From contig CAVZPM010000035.1 of NCBI GenBank assembly GCA_963777155.1, positions 11,376-75,375 on the forward strand: 64,000 bases of DNA, in the 5' to 3' direction. Made by a program: the position numbers and the translations under genes. The DNA comes from Candidatus Bathyarchaeota archaeon. GTDB lineage: Archaea; Thermoproteota; Bathyarchaeia; Bathyarchaeales; Bathycorpusculaceae. Within the stretch, counting starts at the first letter, position 1. Each line of letters starts with the position of its first letter. Below, piece after piece: positions 51,348-60,793 of this stretch. The notes under the pieces were generated by a model. That model searched no databases and was not told the origin of the DNA. It worked only from the letters and a program-made list of their open reading frames with translations.

Positions 51348-54300
51348 TTAAGCCTTCTCCTTTAATCTTAATTTTGGTGTAATGCATAAGCTTTGCAGTT
51401 CTTGCAACAGAAGCTTGAAAGCGTAAGACACGATAACCGGCGAAATCTTTGCTTTTTCATCACAAATCTTACAGACATAACGCCTTTGTTTCATGTCGAA
51501 GTAAGCGATTTGCCCGCAGTTTTCACATACGTAGAGAGTGTATTTGTCAGATTCTTCAAGTAACCTGTCGCGTAGCAACATGGCGGCACCGTGGCCGATG
51601 AGACAGTCTCGTTCCATTTCTCCGAAACGTAGACCACCACCGCGTGCGCGTCCTTCAGTTGGCTGTCGTGTAAGCATTTGCACTTGGCCCTAGCTCTGGC
51701 ATGTATTTTGTCAGCAACCATGTGGTGAAGTTTCTGGTAGTAAACTATGCCGACGAATATGTCTGCTACGAATTTTTCGCCTGTGGTTCCGTTGTAGAAT
51801 ACTTCGCTTCCGGTTTGGCTGAAGCCGAGTTTTACTAGGTTTTTGCGTACTTCATCTGGTCCTTCATTTGAGAAGGGTGTGCCATCTCCTGGTTTGCCTC
51901 TTGCGCAAGCTGCTTTTCCTGAGAGTGATTCGATGAATTGACCGATGGTCATTCTTGAGGGAATTGCGTGTGGGTTGATTATTAGGTCTGGGACCATACC
52001 ATCTTCGGTGAAGGGCAGGTCTTCTTGGGCAACGATTAAGCCAATAACTCCCTTCTGTCCGTGACGAGAAGCAAATTTGTCGCCAAGCTCAGGGACTCTT
52101 TGGTCTCTTACGCGAACTTTGACGAGTTGGCTCCCTTCGCCCGACATCGTAACGAATATACCGTCAACAATGCCTGTTTCGCTAGGGCGCATGTCTACGG
52201 ATGTGTCCCGCATTGAAGGTCCTTTAACTTCGAATTCTTTGTATTCTTCAAGGAATCTTGGAGGGCTGATTCTTCCAATTAATACATCTCCACCGACGAC
52301 TTGGGATTCTAACCCGATTATTCCGTCTGGCTCAAGGAGCCTGTAGTATTGTTCGCCTCGGTAACCTCTTGTTCCTGGTTCTGGAACAGTGAATTTGTCT
52401 TTCAAGCCGCCTAAGTATTGTCTGCATTCTGCTTCGTAGATGCGGTAGAAGGTTGATCTGGCTAAGCCGCGTTCGATAGAGGCTTTGTTGAAGATGATGG
52501 CGTCTTCCATGTTGTAGCCTTCGAAGCTGAGCACTGCGACAACACAGTTTTGACCTGTTGGCCGTTGCTTGTAACCCATGACATCCATGTTTTCTGTTTG
52601 TACCATTGGAACTTGCGGATAGTGAAGGATGTGTGATCGTGAGTCAACACGGTGATGGAAGTTTGTCCCATAAACGCCCAGCGCTTGTTTTGCCATTGCG
52701 GCTTGGTAAGAGTTTCTTGGTGACTGGTTGTGTTCTGGATAGGGGATTGTAGAAGCGCAGATTCCAAGGATAGTGAAAGTTGCAATTTCGACATGAGTCG
52801 ATTTGGCTTCGACCCCATCGTATGACAGGGCGATGTAGGCGTTTTCCTCTTCTTCAGCATCTAAATACTCAACTAAACCGTTCTTGACAAGGTCTTCCCA
52901 TGTCCATTCGCCCAAGCCGATTTTTTCAAAGTGTTTGGATCCGAGTTTTGGAGCGCCATTTTCGACGATTATTAGTGGTCGTCTGACTCTGCCTTCGTCG
53001 CAGTTAGAGTGGACTTCTTCAGTTTCTGTTTGAGCTTTAGAGAAGTAGGTTACGTTAACTTCGGTGGATATTTCGCCTGCTCTACGTTTCTGGCGGAAGG
53101 ACTGCACCATTTCCTGTGGGTTGTTGCAGTAGCCGATTATATTTCCGTCAACAAAGACTTTGGCACCTGAAATGCGTAATTCAATGCTGGCTTCGTATGC
53201 TGGAACGGTGCCCATTTCAAAGAGTAGCTGCTTTATTTTGTCTGGGTTCACACCTACCGCGATGGAGGCTGATAATGCGAGGTTTTTGACGAGCCCGCAG
53301 TTTGAGCCTTCAGGGGTTTCGTTGGGGCATAGTCTTCCCCAGTGAGTTGGGTGTAAGTCTCGGGCTTCGAAGTTAGGTTGGCTTCTGCTCAGTGGTGATT
53401 GGAGCCTTCGAAGGTGGCTAAGCGTTGAAATATAGTTTGTTCGGTCGAGGAGTTGAGTGATGCCGACTCTGCCTCTTCCCCAGTTGCCTGTTGCCAGTGC
53501 ATGCTGGAAACGTTCGGTGATAATTCCTGGGCGAACTGCGGCTGAGACAGTTATTATTGGACCTTTAACGCCGATGCGTTCAAGTTGGTATTTTATATCA
53601 CGCGTAAGGTTGCGGAATGAGACGCGAAAGAGGTCAGCTAATAGTGGACCACCAAGTCTTAGACGTTTGTTTTTGAAGTGGTCTTTGTCGTCTGGTTGGC
53701 GTCTACCGGTTTTTAGTTGGATGACTCGATATGCCATTTCGCCTAGGAATATTGCTTTTTCTTTGCGGTTTTTGTCGCTTCGTCCTAAGTGTGGGAGGAA
53801 GTTTTTGTCTAGAGCGGTTTCTGCTTTTTGGAGTCGATATTCTTCGACTTGTCCGTGGGCGACACGGTTGCCGATGAATAGGATGGCGTCTGAGGGGGTG
53901 TCTACACCAATGGCTTTTTCGAAAGATGCTGCGAGTTGTGTTTGGGTGTCGCTGTCAAGGGAGACTGCTTCGGCGATGTCTTTGTCTTTTTCCATAGTTA
54001 ATGCTCGCATGATGACAACGAAGGGGATTTCGGTTGGGACTCCTGGCATGGTGACGTAGATTGCGTCGTCTGATTTGAGTTTGAGTTCGATTCTGGCTCG
54101 GAAGCCGACGGTGGTTGAAAAGATTTTTGCTTGGTAAACGGGAGAGGTCCCTTTTTCGTCTATGTCGACGATTACGCGGTTTGGAGCCAAGTCTTCCATG
54201 GCAACAATGACACGTTCAGAACCGTTAACAACAAAATATCCTCCTGGATCATCTGGGTCTTCTCCTGCCGCTATGAGCTCTTCTTTGCTGAGTTGGCTAA

Positions 54301-54712
54301 GGAAGCAAAGTTTGCTCTTCAGCATGACAGGGATGTTCCCAATATAAACAAGTTCAGTGTCCTGTTCTCTTCCATCTACAACAGGAGTCATTTCGAGAGC
54401 AATGGGTGCTGAATACGCTAAGTTGCGTAGTCGTGCTTCCATTGGGTAAATTTCATGTTTTGTTCCATCCACCTCTGTTGCGTATGGACCGGTTATTCTG
54501 GATTGTGGGTCGATTACCCATATTTGACCGAGTTTGACTTTGTATGGGTTTTCTGGAACTTCAATGGGGATTTCAGCTACTTCGTCCACGACTTCTTGGA
54601 GTCCGTGGTCGATGAATTCGTTGTAGCTGTCAAGATGCTGGCGAACTAGACCTTTCTCGTTGAAGAAAGTTTTTAGTAGATCATGGATATCTTCTTTTTG
54701 TACATTCGTCAA
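51348..54712 (-). CDS. rpoB: RNA polymerase subunit B, frameshift near 51690
   Basis: [30 protein letters not shown] then (other frame) [11 protein letters not shown] and Zn ribbon. Confidence 0.97.
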
Positions 54713-54992
54713 ATTTTCAGTTCTCCCATAAAATTAACATAGAAATATGATTACTGTGATTTTCTGTTAGGGTCAACTGGGTTTGTTTCACTCTTTCATT
54801 TCCTCCGATGCTGGATAGGTCCAACTCGAAAAAGGGGTCAACTAACTTTTCTAAGAGCACAAACACAAGCCGCATACCTTGAATATAAACTTTTTTATGT
54901 ACATTACTTCAGAAGATAAGCGTTATTAAACTTTCATATTTTAATCCTTCAAAAAACCTTTGGTTTTGTGTTGAATAACTAAAAGTGGAAAA

Positions 54993-55310
54993 CTAGTATC
55001 TGACAATCTTGTAACGATTCCTACCCAACTGGCGCTTTCTCTTTTCCTGCGATTCAGTCAACTTCGAATAACCAGTTTTAACCTCGAAAACCGTGGGTTC
55101 ACCAACTTTGTTCCCAAAAAAATCGCGTTTCTGAACCACAAAGTCACCACCATCACGAATTTTCTGACAGTCGTGTCCCTGCATTGATTGGTCAAACGCA
55201 AAGCGATCCTTAGCAATACTACCCTTTACACGTCTGTTAGATTGGGCAAACCTTCTGGAAGTATTGCCAAACCCCATGGGTTTTCTGACGTCTAAGTCTT
55301 TCTTAACCAT
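54993..55310 (-). CDS. Small PD-(D/E)xK nuclease-like protein
   Basis: GGDFVV...FEVKTG...LTESQ. Confidence 0.6.
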   Translation of the reverse strand: MVKKDLDVRKPMGFGNTSRRFAQSNRRVKGSIAKDRFAFDQSMQGHDCQKIRDGGDFVVQKRDFFGNKVGEPTVFEVKTGYSKLTESQEKRKRQLGRNRYKIVRY

Positions 55311-55386
55311 TTAGGCTTATACCTTTTTGTCAGCTAATAGCTAACGTTATATTAAAAAATTGCCAACCGCTTTAATTGATTCTGTT

Positions 55387-56280
55387 TCATTTTTTTCTGG
55401 TGATTATTTCTACAACTGAATCTTTCTCGTTGTGACAGTCAGTTTTCCTAGTTATAACTGGAAGCAGTTTTTCATCTACTTCGTAACCAAAGCTATTGCG
55501 TTCGTTTTTCATCGCCATTTTAGTAGTTGTTCCTGAGCCCAAGAATGGATCAAGCACGGTTTCGCCTCTGACGCTAAACATTCGGATTAGGCGGTCAGCG
55601 ATTTCTTCGGGATAGGCGGCGGTTCGGCGTTCCAGTTCGTTGACGGTTTGCCGTGTACCCTTAAAAGCCCAGATTTGACTAAACCATTCATCACGCTGAG
55701 TCTTTGTGAATGCACTATCATAACGCTCTTTGTCGTGAGGTGGAAACTTTCTAAGTTTTCCCTTCCTAAACAGCAAAATAAACTCACAATCCAAAGTAAC
55801 ATAAGCATTTGGAGGCAGAAAACCTGAGCCCAAAAAGGCGCCTTTACCCTTATACATGGGTTTGGTGGTGGGTTTTTTCCATAGAATGTAAGGCAACGCG
55901 CTGAAGCCGATTTTTTCACAAGTTTCGGTTATACGTGAGTGGTTGGGGAAAACTTGGAATTTGCCATTGATACTCCTGGTTGCATCGCCGATATTTATGC
56001 ATGCAATGCCTCCGTCCACTAGGACACGGTAGGTTTCAGCCCAAATTTTTGCCAAGTGTTCGTGCATAGCTGTGTAGATTTGCCGCACGGTTTCTTCTCC
56101 GCCATTTGCATTAAATTTATTGAACAATTCCTTGATTTTAGGGTCAGCCTTAGCAAAAAGCTCATCCCACATACCTATCATGGGGTAGGGCGGGGAAGTC
56201 ACCATCAACTGGATGCTACCGTCGACGAGCTCGGGCATTTGTTGGCTGTTGCCAATAACTATTCTGTGCTGGTTATGCAT
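55387..56280 (-). CDS. Site-specific DNA methyltransferase (N4-C/N6-A, beta class)
   Basis: VTSPPY catalytic motif near the N-terminus; VLDPFLGSGTT SAM-binding motif near the C-terminus. Confidence 0.92.
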   Translation of the reverse strand: MHNQHRIVIGNSQQMPELVDGSIQLMVTSPPYPMIGMWDELFAKADPKIKELFNKFNANGGEETVRQIYTAMHEHLAKIWAETYRVLVDGGIACINIGDATRSINGKFQVFPNHSRITETCEKIGFSALPYILWKKPTTKPMYKGKGAFLGSGFLPPNAYVTLDCEFILLFRKGKLRKFPPHDKERYDSAFTKTQRDEWFSQIWAFKGTRQTVNELERRTAAYPEEIADRLIRMFSVRGETVLDPFLGSGTTTKMAMKNERNSFGYEVDEKLLPVITRKTDCHNEKDSVVEIITRKK

Positions 56281-56375
56281 TGTCTCTATGTATCATGCCT
56301 TGGTTGTTTTTACTTTTGTGGTAGACGGGAAATGATTAATAAGACGGAGCCTGACAGTTTTCTATTCGAAACGTT

Positions 56376-56498
56376 GCTACGGTAACCAAGCTAGGTCAAA
56401 GGTGAAGGACTCAAGATCTCGACGCTTTGACTTAAGCGCCCAAATGGGAAATCCTTTCCCTCAGGGGTTCGCAGGTTCAAATCCTGCCCGTAGCACCA
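56376..56498 (+). tRNA. tRNA-Leu(CAA) with 35-nt canonical intron (56416-56450) and encoded CCA
   Basis: Acceptor GCTACGG/CCGTAGC, anticodon stem AAGGA/TCCTT, T arm GCAGG-TTCAAAT-CCTGC, long variable arm, BHB helix CTCA/TGGG with 3-nt bulges. Confidence 0.95.
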
Positions 56499-56567
56499 AC
56501 AACCATTTAGAGTTTTTTATAGGGAAATTTTAATACAGCCCAACCCTTGTAAAAGGTAAACTCTTGC

Positions 56568-56816
56568 TTGGTGGCTTGGTTGGTTACAGTCTTCACAGAG
56601 GAGGACAAAAGAAACCTCAAGGTCATAGCTTTGGAACTTTTCGAAATCCGTAAGCTCATCGAAGAACTTGCTGAAACCTTGGTAAACATGAGTGACAAGG
56701 AACTTTTGAAGAGTCTTAAGGCCAGTGAAGCCGTCCTCAAAGAAAACCAGGTAGATCACTACAGAGAAACGCTGGAAAAACAAGTAGACATTGCTGAAAA
56801 AGAATTTCGATCATAG
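56568..56816 (+). CDS. Antitoxin-like small protein (RelB/Phd C-terminus-like)
   Basis: EELAETLVNMSDKELLKSLKASE resembles the ETL.ILSD.ELM..I..S motif of archaeal antitoxins. Confidence 0.45.
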   Translation: MVAWLVTVFTEEDKRNLKVIALELFEIRKLIEELAETLVNMSDKELLKSLKASEAVLKENQVDHYRETLEKQVDIAEKEFRS

Positions 56817-57024
56817 AGTTTGACTTGAGCGCCCGAAAAGATATTTTTCGGCAAGGGATTTGCAGATTTAAAGTCTAACATGTATTATTCATACACAAAG
56901 TTAATACCATAGCCAACAGATGTATGTTGTAAGATACAAGTAAGCTGTTTCTATATAGTCCTCAAAAACTACAATGACACGCTTAATTGCATACCTAAAC
57001 CTAAACTGATAAGGAGGAAAAACA

Positions 57025-57204
57025 ATGAAAAACACAGTCGTAGCATCGATACTGTTCCATTGCCCACAGTGCAACGAGAACTTTGAATTCGACGCAATCG
57101 GAGAACACGAGTTTGTTCCCTGCCCAATCTGCGGAACCGACAACGTCACCGTCAAAAAAGGCAACAAAATAATGCTTGAAGCCTTCGAACAACAAATCTG
57201 TTAA
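57025..57204 (+). CDS. 59-aa Zn-ribbon protein (LysW-like spacing, no EDWGE)
   Basis: AGGAGG RBS; CPQC...CPIC; downstream CTGAG/CTCAG hairpin and T-tract; missed by the ORF track. Confidence 0.8.
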   Translation: MKNTVVASILFHCPQCNENFEFDAIGEHEFVPCPICGTDNVTVKKGNKIMLEAFEQQIC

Positions 57205-57294
57205 GAACAAAAAATCTGAGTAACCCTCAGAAGCTTTTTTGTTCCCTTTTTTCGTATTTTTTTATAATTTTAAATTAAACCCTGGAAAAATTCC

Positions 57295-59139
57295 TTGGGA
57301 CAGAAATCCAAAATAACCCAGCCGAAAACTAGCCTAGACGAGGCATACATCGTGAGCGCACAGCAAGTCACATGGAACTTAACCGAGCTATTCCCAAGTA
57401 TAACTTCTCCAAAAATCGAAGAAGCCATTACCCAAGCCACAGCAGAGGCAAACGAGTTTGAGCGTAAATACCGCGGAAAAATAAGCGACCTAACCCCGAA
57501 GGGTTTGCTGGGATGCTTCCGTGAGGTTGAGGCGTTTGAAGCAAAATTCGGCAACGTAGCGCTTTACTCCAGCCTTACCTTTGCGGCAGACATGACTCAA
57601 CCACAGGCGCAGGCACTAAACGACCGGGTGGACAAACTCAACGCCAAAATCAGCAAACAGCTCGCATTTTATTCACTCGAATTGGGCAAGGCAATCAAAG
57701 CTAACCCCAAGCTAATAGATGACCCGACTCTAGCCAATTACAGACATATGTTGCAGCGTGTTCTGCGCCGTGTTGAACATCAACTCAGTGAGGTTGAGGA
57801 GCAGCTGATTATTGAGAAGGATCAGTTCGGCGTGAACGCTTGGGAGGAATTGCAGAGTAAATGGCTCAATACGCGTCTCTTCGAAGTCGTTGTTATAGGC
57901 GAAAAGAAGACTCTTAGCTACGGCGAAGCCAACGGACTCTTATCTCATTCCGATCGAGCCACACGTGAATCTGCCAACCGTTCAATCTATGGGCTTTTGG
58001 GTAAAGACAACGAAGTCTTCTCAGCTGCGCTCCGAAGCATCTGTAACGACTGGGTATCTGTGTCAAAACGCAGAAAATACAGTTCGCCCATGGAGTCCAG
58101 CTTACTCAACAACGACATAGAACAAGTCATAATCGAGAATTTGGTAGCAACAGTGGAGAAAGGTGCAGCGTCTTATCGGCGTTACCTCAAATTGAAGGCG
58201 AAACTGATGGGTTTGCCAGTGCTGGGTAACCATGACATAGTAGCGCCTCTTCCGAACTCGCCAGAGCAGAAATTCACTTATCAACAAGCCCAAGACTTAA
58301 TCGTGGAAGCCTATAGCTGCTTCAGCCCTCAATACGCAACCGCTGTAAAAGAAATGTTTAGTAAACAACGCATCGACGCAACACCGAGGTTTGGCAAACG
58401 TAATGGAGCCTTCTGCGCAAGCCACTACAACGGCAAATCCGCTTACATCTTGCAGAGCTTCAACGGCACTTTAACCGATGTCTTCACGTTGGCGCATGAA
58501 CTTGGCCACGCAACCCACGACTGGTACATGTCAAGGAACCAAACCCTGCTAAACACCAATGTGCCCTCGACTGTTGCGGAGACCGCTTCGATTTTCGGTG
58601 AACTGTTGCTTACAGATTTGCTCTTGGATGGGGCTAAATCGGATGTGGAACGTAAGAGGCTACTATGCTTGATTTTGGATGAGGTAGGTATGACGGCTTT
58701 CCAGGTGACCGCTCGAGTTTGGTTTGAGCAGGCACTCTATCAGTCAATCGAGCAGGGTGAATACTTAGATTACTCAAAAATCTGCAACCACTGGACAAGA
58801 AGCCGCGACCGCATCTTTGGTGACGCCGTTACCTGGTTCCCTGAAATGGAGGCGGAATGGACCATGAAACCCCATTATTTCATGGCAAACTACCGCTTCT
58901 ACAACTACCCCTACGTCTACGCCCAAATGTTCGTCTACTCGTTGTATGAGCGGTATCTGGAGGAGGGCAGAGCGTTTGTTCCCAAGCTTGTGAAAATGCT
59001 GTCTGCGGGAGGCAGCTTGTCACCGTTGGAGATAGGCGAAGTTGTCGGTTTAAACGTGACGACGCCAGAGTTCTGGAGTGGCGGTATCAAGGTATTTGAG
59101 CACTTCATTGATGATTTAGAAAAAATCATTAAACGATAG
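57295..59139 (+). CDS. pepF: M3B oligoendopeptidase F
   Basis: WNLTELF, GKRNGAFC, TLAHELGHA, AETASIFGE, PHY...FYNYPY. Confidence 0.93.
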   Translation: MGQKSKITQPKTSLDEAYIVSAQQVTWNLTELFPSITSPKIEEAITQATAEANEFERKYRGKISDLTPKGLLGCFREVEAFEAKFGNVALYSSLTFAADMTQPQAQALNDRVDKLNAKISKQLAFYSLELGKAIKANPKLIDDPTLANYRHMLQRVLRRVEHQLSEVEEQLIIEKDQFGVNAWEELQSKWLNTRLFEVVVIGEKKTLSYGEANGLLSHSDRATRESANRSIYGLLGKDNEVFSAALRSICNDWVSVSKRRKYSSPMESSLLNNDIEQVIIENLVATVEKGAASYRRYLKLKAKLMGLPVLGNHDIVAPLPNSPEQKFTYQQAQDLIVEAYSCFSPQYATAVKEMFSKQRIDATPRFGKRNGAFCASHYNGKSAYILQSFNGTLTDVFTLAHELGHATHDWYMSRNQTLLNTNVPSTVAETASIFGELLLTDLLLDGAKSDVERKRLLCLILDEVGMTAFQVTARVWFEQALYQSIEQGEYLDYSKICNHWTRSRDRIFGDAVTWFPEMEAEWTMKPHYFMANYRFYNYPYVYAQMFVYSLYERYLEEGRAFVPKLVKMLSAGGSLSPLEIGEVVGLNVTTPEFWSGGIKVFEHFIDDLEKIIKR

Positions 59140-59346
59140 GTTTAATCGTATTAACTTAATAGTAGTCGTCCAGCAAATTCCGCAGAAGACTACTTCTAAT
59201 GCCTTTGTCAAGTTGTGAACAAACACGCCAGAGACTTAACGATACATTGGTTTCTTTGTTATGTAGGAAACTTTTCTGTCATTCTTAGGCAATTTTTAGA
59301 GAAACCTTACTTTTCCAAACTACAGTAAACTACGTAAGAAGGCTTC

Positions 59347-60147
59347 TTAGAATCCAAAGAGAGCTAAGGCAATCAAGATTACTCCAAGGGTAAACGTATA
59401 GGCCGCAAAATAATGGAATCTTTTGGTCAACACAAGCTTTTTCACCATAACAATAGCTAAGTAGCCTGCAGCTGCCGTGATCGATAAACCCACTGTCAGA
59501 TCAATTACGTTAACGCCTACTCCTTGAGCCAAAGTTCCATTCTGCAAGTAAGCTTCTACTGCCAAGTCGCCGATTATAGCTGGGATAGAAAGCAGAAAAG
59601 AGAATTTGAAAACCATCTCGCGTTTGACACCCAGCAATAAGCCGCTGGATATTGTAGAGCCGCTTCTGGATAAGCCTGGAAAGCCAGCCGCTCCTTGGGC
59701 GGCACCCATGATTAGGGCTTTACGGTAGGTGATTTGGGTTTGGTTTTCTTTGCCATATTTGGAGGCAAACAGCAGGGCAGCGCCGATTATGAAAGTGACT
59801 CCGATGATTAGGAGGGTTTGATAGTTGTCGGCCAAGAACTTGTCGTAGAGTAGACCAATTATGCCTGTGGGGATAGTGGCAACGACGATTAAGGGGATAA
59901 ATCGACCATGTTCAGAGTGAAAATCCCGACGCACCAGCGCTGTGAGGATAACTTTTATGTCGTGCCTAAAATAGAAAATGACAACGCCCAAGGTGCCCAC
60001 ATGCAAGAAGACATTAAAAAGCGGTGTTGCTTGGAAACCTAAGAAGTGCTCGGCAACTCTTAGATGCGCGGTGCTGGAGATAGGTAGCCATTCGGCTAAA
60101 CCTTGAATTAAACCAAGGATTATTGTGGTTAGCAGTTGGTCAAACAA
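59347..60147 (-). CDS. uppP: Undecaprenyl-diphosphate phosphatase (BacA family)
   Basis: QGLAEWLPISSTAHL, PGLSRSGSTI, FSFLLSIP. Confidence 0.93.
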   Translation of the reverse strand: MFDQLLTTIILGLIQGLAEWLPISSTAHLRVAEHFLGFQATPLFNVFLHVGTLGVVIFYFRHDIKVILTALVRRDFHSEHGRFIPLIVVATIPTGIIGLLYDKFLADNYQTLLIIGVTFIIGAALLFASKYGKENQTQITYRKALIMGAAQGAAGFPGLSRSGSTISSGLLLGVKREMVFKFSFLLSIPAIIGDLAVEAYLQNGTLAQGVGVNVIDLTVGLSITAAAGYLAIVMVKKLVLTKRFHYFAAYTFTLGVILIALALFGF

Positions 60148-60297
60148 AGCAGGGCATCCTACGCAAATTTCTGTTTTCTACAGTTACTTGAGACCATTAA
60201 AAGGTTTTCCAAAGGTGATTCCACGTTGAAAGAATACTCTCAGCGGAACGTATTCCGCGAATTCTTAAAAGAATATAGGGAATAAGAAACCGCTTTT

Positions 60298-60789
60298 TTA
60301 CTCTTTTTCTTGGAAGAGTTTCTTGATTGCACTAATCCTTGCTTTCTGGGCAAGAACGTCGCTAGTAACAACGGTTATGGCTTCTTCTGGACACCATTTA
60401 ACGCATTGAGGCCCATCAGGTTTATCCTTGCACATATCGCAGACGTAGACTACTTTGCTTTCTGGATGTAGCATAATGGCACCATAGTCGCATGCTTCGA
60501 TACACCAGCCGCAACCGTTACATTTGTCCTTGTCTAAAACGATGTTTCCAGTATCTTTTGATTGTGTAAGTGCATCTCTTGGACAAGCTGCCACGCACGC
60601 TGGCTCTTCGCAGAGTCTGCATGTAACAGCCATGTTTGCCAATTGGTTAACTCTGACGACGCGTATGCGTGATTTGAGTGGGTTAAAGGCTTTTTCTTTT
60701 GTGTAGGAGCAAGCATACTCGCATATTTGGCAACCAACGCATTTCTCTGGGTCAGTAGAGACAAATTTTCTTTCATGGATTTTAACCAT
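60298..60789 (-). CDS. 4Fe-4S dicluster protein (AOR partner subunit)
   Basis: CVGCQICEYAC, CRLCEEPACVAACP, CNGCGWCIEAC, CDMC...CVKWCP. Confidence 0.92.
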   Translation of the reverse strand: MVKIHERKFVSTDPEKCVGCQICEYACSYTKEKAFNPLKSRIRVVRVNQLANMAVTCRLCEEPACVAACPRDALTQSKDTGNIVLDKDKCNGCGWCIEACDYGAIMLHPESKVVYVCDMCKDKPDGPQCVKWCPEEAITVVTSDVLAQKARISAIKKLFQEKE

Positions 60790-60793
60790 TGTT

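Noticed and set aside
54819-54838. ORB-like GTCCAACTCGAAAAAGGGG upstream of rpoB
   Set aside because: Single copy, spacing differs from the consensus, far from cdc6
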